The notes beneath the pieces were generated by a model. That model saw only the letters and a list, made by a program, of their open reading frames with translations. It was not told the origin of the DNA and did not search any database. From positions 4,251 to 68,250 of the forward strand of contig JAUWWY010000001.1 in NCBI GenBank assembly GCA_030616605.1: DNA of 64,000 nucleotides, written 5' to 3'. Made by a program: the position numbers and the translations under genes. The number at the start of each line of letters is the position of its first letter. Position 1 is the first letter of the stretch. The DNA is from a bacterium (GTDB taxonomy: Bacteria > Patescibacteriota > Minisyncoccia > Minisyncoccales > CG1-02-41-26). Positions 10,201-15,976 of the stretch are shown in pieces.

Positions 10201-10649
10201 ATGATGCTGACGGTAAAGAAATTCCCAATGGTTCATACAGAATTCTTGTTTATGATTGCGGGGATAAAAATGATACTGTTTGGAAAGGTGGCACCGCTTC
10301 GGCAAAGAGTAATATATTTAGCATCGTTTCTCCAAGCACCTTTTCCATCACTGTTTTTTCTCCCAATGGAGGAGAGGAATTTAGTCAAGGCGCTGATTAT
10401 ACAATTACTTGGGAATCAGCAGGAATAATTGACAACGTGGGAATCACTATTTGCATGACTCCTGAGTCTTATGAACAAACGAGAAAAATTGAAGACAGAT
10501 GCTCAGGAATGGTAACAGTTCCAGACATAGGGAGTTATTCAGATAGTTTCGGTATTGCTGCAGAAATAGGTAATTATACTGTAAAAATTGAAGACGCTTC
10601 TGACCCCTCAGTTTATGATGAATCCGATAATTATTTCAGCATCAAATAA
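7221..10649 (+). CDS. Large modular cell-surface protein (signal anchor, coiled coil, 3 FN3-like modules, 4 SPNGGE-type beta modules)
   Basis: It has a GTG start and an N-terminal hydrophobic LILIIILLLFLLPSF. Three ~95-aa modules end YY[FY][RK]VKA.N..G.S.WS. Four modules start (I)SPNGGE and most end D.SDNYFSI. Confidence 0.8.
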   Translation: MRKLILIIILLLFLLPSFKMGVLAQQAELLSPGLTPNSPFYFLDTLGEKLGMFFTFGDLKKAEKAMQYAEEKLAEAKLMAEKNKIQAMEKANQKYQEFLGLANRKTQEAKERGKNIDELAILITEKILKHQDILVEVFEKVPEQAKAAIEKAIEVSRRGSEEAVQAVTGAKKEELQQKIEEAKTRMEEVRETADWETYINEKYEYSFKYPDNCFYGPMPVYCKQSPPEERPPECLCFLNGENPDSVFLQAFTGEKDNLTLADFSVFHSVFVDSYSPPAGTDLVSWLKEKFPYQDVPDEINTEIDGILAVKVYTPFSGMAYSQEDIYFIKSDKLFRISMLDVDNENNRELYNKILSTFKFIELEEAEEEVPEAEEPLDVEEKPYIQVISPNGGETWKEKNTYDITWTSRGVENVAIFLLGCKTKECPIEAGISSYKIYPYSVEAKAGKYSWTIYSKDIGFGFGFGISEYTCFKIKIKKVSLGPLGILDNFLATLDYLRTTIKVLSVQTSDFVEDVSDECFAIIEPEPLVPNTPMMRDIDVSVMAGVSYKIGWTTVSGAITYILERDTSVSFSNPVTAYSGSLNSFTGTLSPSVSTTYYFRVKACNNYGCSSWSKLTSLWVEVCSLPEAPLLADLGAPVESGTVYTINWVSVPEVSSEVLQYAVQRDTNLSFYNPTIIYRGSLNSVKDSPLPLVTTSYFYRVKAENICGESPWSNIKGIQVEVFLRTPVLMDPGISVNSGEYFILNWTNIEGAKRYWLQRDTSPYFPSSIPPHYSEVNSIKEILSPEVSTTYYYKVKACTDTECSPYSNVVDMQVIVPSSITVTSPNGGERWAIGNTYDIIWTSVGVDEVNFCVNYGTGCLGLGGEISSSRIDASLGKFSWQIDPNAPYVPGDNLKMRITDASDSTVFDESDNYFSIVSPSITVTSPNGGETLQKGSNTFINLKFSPYVPLGGFVINLLRSDTDIAVAHLKYCSLENVTYDNATPSNASWQWKVGYDADGKEIPNGSYRILVYDCGDKNDTVWKGGTASAKSNIFSIVSPSTFSITVFSPNGGEEFSQGADYTITWESAGIIDNVGITICMTPESYEQTRKIEDRCSGMVTVPDIGSYSDSFGIAAEIGNYTVKIEDASDPSVYDESDNYFSIK

Positions 10650-10789
10650 GAACCTGCTCGCTTCGCCACGTCAGACGTGGCTTTGCTCGCAGAACCTTGT
10701 TTTCGGCAAGGAATAAATATATAATCCGAAAATAATATGGTAGCAAAAAAATACTTATTTTATTAATTGTAGTTTTTGTTCTTTTTGTT

Positions 10790-13426
10790 TTGATGAGCCC
10801 AACTATAATCAGGCTGGTTACTGATTGGTTTTGGTTTAAAGAAATTGGTTTTGAAAACATTTTTACAACAATTTTAGTGACCAAAATTATATTAGCTTTT
10901 GTTATTGGTTTTATTGCTTTTGCTTTAATTTATCTCAATTTAAAGATTGCCTCTCGTCTTACTAAAAACCGCCCAATACCGGTTCAGCCCGGGGAAAAGA
11001 GAGGGACTGAGATCCCTTTGAATATTGGAGAGCAGATTGACAACTTTTTATTTCCTTTCTCTTTAGTCATCGGTTTTCTTACTGGATTAGTTGGGACTGC
11101 TAATTGGCAGACTGTTCTTCAGTATCTTAATTCTACTTCTTTCAACATTCTTGACCCAATTTTTGGTAGAGATATTTCTTTTTATTTCTTTAATCTGCCC
11201 TTTTTACAGATGGTGATTGGATTTTTGCTTTGGATTATTTTTATTTCCTTGATAGGTTCGGTTTTAATCTATTTTAGCCGAGGGGGATATTTTTTCTTTA
11301 AAGAGAAAATTCCCAAGATTCATATTTCATTGCTTTTATTCTTTCTCTTTCTGATATTTGCCGTTGAAACTTATCTTATAAAAATTCCTAATTTACTCTA
11401 TTCCACTACCGGTCCCTTTACTGGAGCAAGCTATACTGATATTCATGCCACCTTGCCGATTTTGAAAATATTGACCCTAATCTTATTGACTGGAGCAGTG
11501 GTATCTATTATTAATATTTTTAGAAAAGACAATCGCCCTTTGTTTTTAATAGTTGGTCTTTATTTGGCAGTTTCTATTTTAGGAGGTTGGCTCTATCCAG
11601 TAATTTTACAAAAATTTATCGTGGAGCCAAACGAACTAATCAAAGAATCTCCTTACATTCTTAATAATATCGCTGCTACCCAAAAAGCCTTTAAACTGGA
11701 TGAGGTTGAGGAGCATGACTTAAGCGGGGAAACTACTTTAACTTTAGAGGACATCAGAAATAACGAAGCCACCATTAAAAATGTTCGCCTTTGGGACAGA
11801 GAACCTCTTTTGGATACCTTTGGTCAGGTTCAAGAGATACGCACTTATTATGACTTTATTTCCATTGATAATGACCGCTACCAAATTAACGGGGAATATC
11901 GTCAAATTATGCTTTCTCCCAGAGAATTGAATTCTGAAAGTTTACCCCACCGAACTTTTATCAACGAGCGTCTGACTTTTACTCACGGTTTCGGTTTAAC
12001 CTTGGGGCCGGTTAATGAAATGACCAAAGAGGGATTACCGGTTTTGTTTATAAAAGACCTTCCGCCGATTTCCACTACTGAATCTCTTAAAATTACTCGC
12101 CCGGAAATCTATTTTGGAGAACTTTCCAGCGATTATGTCTTTGTCAAAACCAAAGCCAAAGAATTTGATTATCCTTTTGGCGAAGAAAATGTTTTTAGCG
12201 ATTATCAGGGAGATGGGGGAGTGTCGATTGATTCATTATCGAGAAAAGCTCTTTTTGCTATCCGGTTTAAAGAGTTGAAAATTTTATTATCTGATGACAT
12301 TACTGCTCAGAGTCGGGTTATGTATTATCGCAATATTAACGAGAGAGTAAAAAGAGTTCTTCCTTTCTTAGAGTTGGACCAGGACCCCTATTTGGTAATT
12401 ACCGAAAATGGAGAATTAAAATGGATTTATGATACCTATACTATTAGTAGTCTTTATCCTTATTCTCAAAGGGTGGGTGCTTCAGCGGAGACAAAAGGCA
12501 TAAACTATATCCGGAACGCAGTCAAAGTGGTTATTAATGCTTACGATGGAAAAATGAAGTTTTATATCTCAGACCCGGAAGACCCCCTCATTCAGACCTA
12601 TAGTAAAATTTTTAAGGAAACGTTTCTACCTCTGGAAGAAATGCCAGAAGATTTAAGAAGACACCTCCGTTACCCAGAGGATATTTTCGGTCTTCAAACT
12701 GCTCTTTATACTATCTATCACATGGAGCAGGTCCAGATTTTTTACAACAAAGAAGACCAATGGCAGGTTTCAGTTATAGCTGAAGGAATAGGAGACCCAA
12801 TGATGCGCCATATTATAATGAAACTGCCCGGGAAAACCAAAGAAGAATTTATTTTAATGATTCCTTTTACTCCTCAAGGAAAAGATAATTTAGCTGCCTG
12901 GATGGTTGCCAGGTCAGATGGAGAAAATTACGGCAAATTAATGGTCTATCGTTTTCCAAAACAAAGATTAGTTTTTGGTCCCAAGCAAATTATTAACCGA
13001 ATTAACCAGAATCCAGAGATTTCCCAACAAATTTCTCTTTGGGACCAAAGAGGTTCTGAGGTTAATCTCGGTCCTTTGCTGGTTATTCCTATTGAAGAAT
13101 CGCTTTTGTATGTCAGACCTTTATACCTTCGGGCTGAAGGAGGCAAAATCCCAGAGTTAAAAAGAGTAATTGTTGCTTATGAGAATCAGATTGCTATGGA
13201 AGAAACTCTGGAAGAATCGCTTAATCAGATTTTTGCTGTGGGTGAAGAAAAATTGCCTGAATTAGACTTTGAAGAAAAAGAGATTCCTTCTCCAAGCCAG
13301 CAAAATCTTATTTCCCAGGCCAAAAACCATTTTCAGCGAGCTCTTCAAGCCCAGAAAGACGGCAACTGGGCTCTTTACGGTCAAGAAATAGAAAAATTAG
13401 GTCAAATTTTAGACCAATTGAGATAA
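10790..13426 (+). CDS. UPF0182 family membrane protein
   Basis: It has the TDWFWFKEIGFENIF N-terminal motif, several TM helices, then a large soluble domain (family recognised from memory). It is annotated from the TTG at 10790, but the first TM helix is encoded upstream in the same frame (see findings). Confidence 0.85.
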   Translation: MMSPTIIRLVTDWFWFKEIGFENIFTTILVTKIILAFVIGFIAFALIYLNLKIASRLTKNRPIPVQPGEKRGTEIPLNIGEQIDNFLFPFSLVIGFLTGLVGTANWQTVLQYLNSTSFNILDPIFGRDISFYFFNLPFLQMVIGFLLWIIFISLIGSVLIYFSRGGYFFFKEKIPKIHISLLLFFLFLIFAVETYLIKIPNLLYSTTGPFTGASYTDIHATLPILKILTLILLTGAVVSIINIFRKDNRPLFLIVGLYLAVSILGGWLYPVILQKFIVEPNELIKESPYILNNIAATQKAFKLDEVEEHDLSGETTLTLEDIRNNEATIKNVRLWDREPLLDTFGQVQEIRTYYDFISIDNDRYQINGEYRQIMLSPRELNSESLPHRTFINERLTFTHGFGLTLGPVNEMTKEGLPVLFIKDLPPISTTESLKITRPEIYFGELSSDYVFVKTKAKEFDYPFGEENVFSDYQGDGGVSIDSLSRKALFAIRFKELKILLSDDITAQSRVMYYRNINERVKRVLPFLELDQDPYLVITENGELKWIYDTYTISSLYPYSQRVGASAETKGINYIRNAVKVVINAYDGKMKFYISDPEDPLIQTYSKIFKETFLPLEEMPEDLRRHLRYPEDIFGLQTALYTIYHMEQVQIFYNKEDQWQVSVIAEGIGDPMMRHIIMKLPGKTKEEFILMIPFTPQGKDNLAAWMVARSDGENYGKLMVYRFPKQRLVFGPKQIINRINQNPEISQQISLWDQRGSEVNLGPLLVIPIEESLLYVRPLYLRAEGGKIPELKRVIVAYENQIAMEETLEESLNQIFAVGEEKLPELDFEEKEIPSPSQQNLISQAKNHFQRALQAQKDGNWALYGQEIEKLGQILDQLR

Positions 13427-13470
13427 AAAAACCCTGGATTAGAATTTTATTTATTTAATCCAGGGTTTTA
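13424..13470. terminator. Bidirectional intrinsic terminator
   Basis: A 12-bp stem aaccctggatta/taatccagggtt is flanked by an A-run and a T-run. The 3' arm overlaps the last codons of the convergent L,D-transpeptidase gene. Confidence 0.75.
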
Positions 13471-13976
13471 TCATCAGTGATAATCACTTCAATTCCCTTT
13501 TGAACTAAAGGGAAAAGTTGAAGCATATCAGGTATAGAAAGGCCAATACAACCATTTGAAGTTGCGAGACCAATAGTTTCTGAACAAGTTACTGAATGAA
13601 TACTGTATCTTTTTTCACCTCCTTTATATTCAAGTCCGAGTGCTCTCATTTTACTGTAGTCAATTCTTTTTAATCCATTAGCACAATCAGCCCATGGAAG
13701 GAATTCCCCTTTTTTAGGCCCAGTAAGATACCTGAATACAGGACGTTCACGTTTAATCCAGATTATAGCTTTACCTGATGGGGTCGGCAAGATAGAACTT
13801 CCTACCCGAATAGGAAAACTAAATATCAGACTGTCATTTTCAAAAAAACTCAAAATCCTGCTGTTTAAATGTATTTTTATTAGTTGGTTAGATGCTGATT
13901 CAGTTTCTTCAGCAGACAGAAAATTGAAATAGGTAAGATGAATTAACAGTATTGCGAGAAGTACAGTTTTTAGCAT
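13455..13976 (-). CDS. L,D-transpeptidase (YkuD-fold) lipoprotein/secreted protein
   Basis: It has a signal peptide and the catalytic-type motif HSV...SNGCIGL (H...S.GC). Confidence 0.8.
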   Translation of the reverse strand: MLKTVLLAILLIHLTYFNFLSAEETESASNQLIKIHLNSRILSFFENDSLIFSFPIRVGSSILPTPSGKAIIWIKRERPVFRYLTGPKKGEFLPWADCANGLKRIDYSKMRALGLEYKGGEKRYSIHSVTCSETIGLATSNGCIGLSIPDMLQLFPLVQKGIEVIITDDKTLD

Positions 13977-14006
13977 TAGTCCCTCCTGTTGAATATTTCT
14001 TGATTA

Positions 14007-14073
14007 TTATTGTCAATGTACAAATTAAGTATTTATAATATATAATATATATTCATTATTGTCAAAGAATATT
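14007..14073 (-). promoter_or_regulatory. Promoter/5'-UTR cassette, copy A (drives the L,D-transpeptidase gene)
   Basis: It is about 67 bp and nearly identical to 14606-14674. On the minus strand it reads TTGACA (14065-14060), 17 nt, TATATT (14042-14037). Confidence 0.7.
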
Positions 14074-14100
14074 TAAAAATGAGGAAGGAGTAAAGTAATA

Positions 14101-14135
14101 AAAAAAGTCCTCTTAATTCATTAAGAGGACTTTTT
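14101..14135. terminator. Bidirectional intrinsic terminator downstream of the WG-repeat gene
   Basis: A 10-bp stem gtcctcttaa/ttaagaggac is flanked by AAAAAA and TTTTT. Confidence 0.8.
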
Positions 14136-14152
14136 GATTGTTTTGGATTGTA

Positions 14153-14590
14153 TTAATCCACTTTGCTTCCGTCGGGACGAATATGGAATCGCTTGCCTTC
14201 CTTTCTGGCCCAAGCCAGGCCTTTAAGGAAGACACTGACAGAGTCATACCTTTGCTTGTAAGCAGGGGTTCCGTCAGGATGAATGTGGAAGTACTTGCCG
14301 TTCTTTCCGACCTGGGCCAGGCCTTCATAGAAGACACTGACAGAGTCATACCTCTGCTCATAAGCAGGAGTTCCGTCAGGACGAATGTGGAACCACTTGT
14401 TGCCCTTTTTGGCCTGAGCTAGACCGTCTTGGAAGATACCGACCCAGTCATACCTCTGCTCGTAGGCAGGGGTTCCGTCAGGATGAATGTGGAAGTACTC
14501 CTCACCCTTTCCAGCATCAGCCAGGTCTTCGTGGAAGATACCGACGTGGTCATACATCTTCAACAGCTCTTTTCTTGTTAGAGTTTTCAT
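14153..14590 (-). CDS. WG-repeat (KWG-type) protein
   Basis: It has four tandem 34-aa units H-I-[HR]-P-D-G-[TS]-P-A-Y-[EK]-Q-R-Y-D-x-V-x-x-F-x-x-G-L-A. It is much more GC-rich than its surroundings. Confidence 0.8.
   Translation of the reverse strand: MKTLTRKELLKMYDHVGIFHEDLADAGKGEEYFHIHPDGTPAYEQRYDWVGIFQDGLAQAKKGNKWFHIRPDGTPAYEQRYDSVSVFYEGLAQVGKNGKYFHIHPDGTPAYKQRYDSVSVFLKGLAWARKEGKRFHIRPDGSKVD
14169..14576 (-). repeat. 4 x 102-bp in-frame tandem repeat inside the WG-repeat gene
   Basis: Units begin at 14169, 14271, 14373 and 14475, each starting ccgtc[ga]gga[ct]gaat[ag]tggaa. Confidence 0.9.
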
Positions 14591-14605
14591 TCCTTTTCTC
14601 CTTTG

Positions 14606-14674
14606 TTATTGTCAATGTTCAAGTTAAAAGTATTTATAGTATATAATATATATTCATTATTGTCAAAGAATATT
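14606..14674 (-). promoter_or_regulatory. Promoter/5'-UTR cassette, copy B (drives the WG-repeat gene)
   Basis: It is near-identical to 14007-14073, with a few substitutions and a 1-2 nt indel, and has the same TTGACA-N17-TATA.T arrangement on the minus strand. Confidence 0.7.
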
Positions 14675-14698
14675 AGCATAGGATAGGATTAAACCTTC

Positions 14699-14727
14699 TT
14701 GACAAGCTTTTATAGAGCTACATAATG
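14699..14727 (+). promoter_or_regulatory. Sigma70-type promoter of structured RNA copy 1
   Basis: TTGACA (14699-14704), a 16-17 nt spacer, then cATAATg (14721-14727). Confidence 0.6.
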
Positions 14728-14755
14728 GAGGTGTTCTTTCAAAATATACCATTGA

Positions 14756-14961
14756 GAACTTGTTAGCTGGGCGTCGGATATTAGCATGGTGCTAAAAGTG
14801 TAAAATACTACCCGTAAAAGTGTGAGTGGGCCTACCTTGTCTATTAAGGTCTCATACACAACCTACCGTAGGTTCTAAGTTCGGAATAACAATGGCCAAA
14901 ACAGGAGGGTGTTCCTGAAAGCTTCCTGGGCGTGCAGCTAACAACATTTATCTGGTCCATC
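14756..14961 (+). ncRNA. Structured RNA of unrecognised class, copy 1 (leader of ORF 14989-15432)
   Basis: It shares sequence blocks and helices with 15553-15804. Closing helix 14760-14775/14929-14944 has compensatory differences between the copies, and G-U pairs fit only the + strand. Confidence 0.65.
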
Positions 14962-14988
14962 TCAATATAATCAGAAAGGAGGTGCGTG

Positions 14989-15432
14989 ATGGAATATACA
15001 CGCGACGGACCTGTACTCGAGGTGCGTGTTGACTATGCTCTTTCCTTCAATGAGATGGTAAGAGCTGGGAAATACGACGAGGTGAATAGTAATATCACAG
15101 CAAGACACTTTCCAGTGAAAGGGAAAGATAATATGAATGTCAAAATCGAGCTTGTGCAATTCAGTCTGGATATGAGTTCAGAGCAGGTGCTTATTGAACT
15201 CTTTCAGACAGGTCTTCGGCCGGCACTCATCGAAGAACTCCTTGCAGTTGGAGTTCTTTATCCAGAGCTTCAGCGACAGTTTCCAATTGTCGAACTTGGC
15301 TCTGTATGGCGGCAGCCGGAGGGCGGTCGCAGCGTGGCATATCTCGTAGGCAATGTTCATAAACGCGGTCTCTACCTCACTTGGTGGAGTACTGGGTGGT
15401 TACCTCGGCACCGGTTCATTGTCGTTCGCTAA
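14989..15432 (+). CDS. Hypothetical 147-aa protein, no recognised domain
   Basis: AGGAGG (14977-14982) lies 6 nt before the ATG at 14989. It is GC-rich, with a clean terminator right after the stop. I do not recognise the family. Confidence 0.6.
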   Translation: MEYTRDGPVLEVRVDYALSFNEMVRAGKYDEVNSNITARHFPVKGKDNMNVKIELVQFSLDMSSEQVLIELFQTGLRPALIEELLAVGVLYPELQRQFPIVELGSVWRQPEGGRSVAYLVGNVHKRGLYLTWWSTGWLPRHRFIVVR

Positions 15433-15468
15433 AACCCCTGTATAAAATGTATTAATGCAGGGGTTTTT
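15431..15468 (+). terminator. Intrinsic terminator of ORF 14989-15432
   Basis: Stem aacccctgta/tgcaggggtt is followed by TTTTT. Confidence 0.8.
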
Positions 15469-15493
15469 CTTTGAAAATGACCAGTACAAAGGA

Positions 15494-15522
15494 TTGACAT
15501 AAAATTTAGATTAGCATAAAAT
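15494..15522 (+). promoter_or_regulatory. Sigma70-type promoter of structured RNA copy 2
   Basis: TTGACA (15494-15499), 17 nt, TAAAAT (15517-15522). Confidence 0.65.
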
Positions 15523-15552
15523 TATAAAATAAAGATGTTCTTTTAAAATATA

Positions 15553-15804
15553 GAACTTGTTAGCTATGCGTTGGATTATTACCCACCATCGCTAAAAGTG
15601 TGAGGGGCCTACCTTGTCCGCTAAGGTCTCACACTCCTACCTCTAGCCCCCACCGGACGGTAAAGGAATCTGAGCTAATGGCCAATACAGGAGGGCGTGA
15701 TGCGACTGGCTCTCAATAACAATAAAACGCAATCTGAAAACCTCCTGAGCGTATAGCTAACAATATTTATCTGGTCCACCTGATATATAAAAGGTGGACT
15801 TTTT
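15553..15804 (+). ncRNA. Structured RNA of unrecognised class, copy 2 (free-standing, terminated)
   Basis: It has the same conserved blocks as copy 1 and closing helix 15557-15572/15748-15763. It ends in terminator gtccacc/ggtggac + TTTTT (15774-15804). No ORF follows. Confidence 0.65.
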
Positions 15805-15878
15805 CTTGACGGGGTGAAAGAGGGCTATGTCCCGAGGCTTAGCCTCAGGAATTTCCCGAAGCGAAACTTCGGGAAAAC

Positions 15879-15923
15879 TTGACATCAGGAAAACTTGACA
15901 TGCTTTTTATATTTCATTATCAT
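15879..15923 (+). promoter_or_regulatory. Promoter region of the metzincin gene with tandemly duplicated -35 unit
   Basis: ggaaaacttgacat occurs twice (15872-15885, 15888-15901). The second TTGACA is followed after 17 nt by TATCAT (15918-15923). Confidence 0.5.
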
Positions 15924-15976
15924 TTAGAGTATAATAATCAAAAAGGTCGGAAATTTAAAATTTAATCAAAAGACCT

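Noticed and set aside
10144-10428. 94-aa + strand ORF inside the surface-protein gene. The same applies to internal or antisense ORFs at 211-492, 1252-1443, 3901-4122, 4892-5146, 6003-6239, 6299-6520, 6723-6917, 7698-7892, 12946-13160, 17664-17963, 22582-22935, 25259-25685, 26824-27303, 28112-28610, 28911-29123, 30211-30483, 31370-31636, 36234-36966, 53825-54016, 54089-54477, 55033-55254, 55654-55902, 60525-60869 and 63371-63677.
   Set aside because: Each lies within or antisense to a longer ORF with recognisable homology or better coding features. They have no independent signals and their sequences are typical of out-of-frame AT-rich DNA.
14113-14422. ORFs 14113-14361 (-) and 14138-14422 (+) overlapping the WG-repeat gene
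   Set aside because: These are alternative frames of the 102-bp repeat. The GC-rich repeat keeps several frames open, and only the 14153-14590 frame gives the recognisable WG-repeat protein with a promoter and SD.
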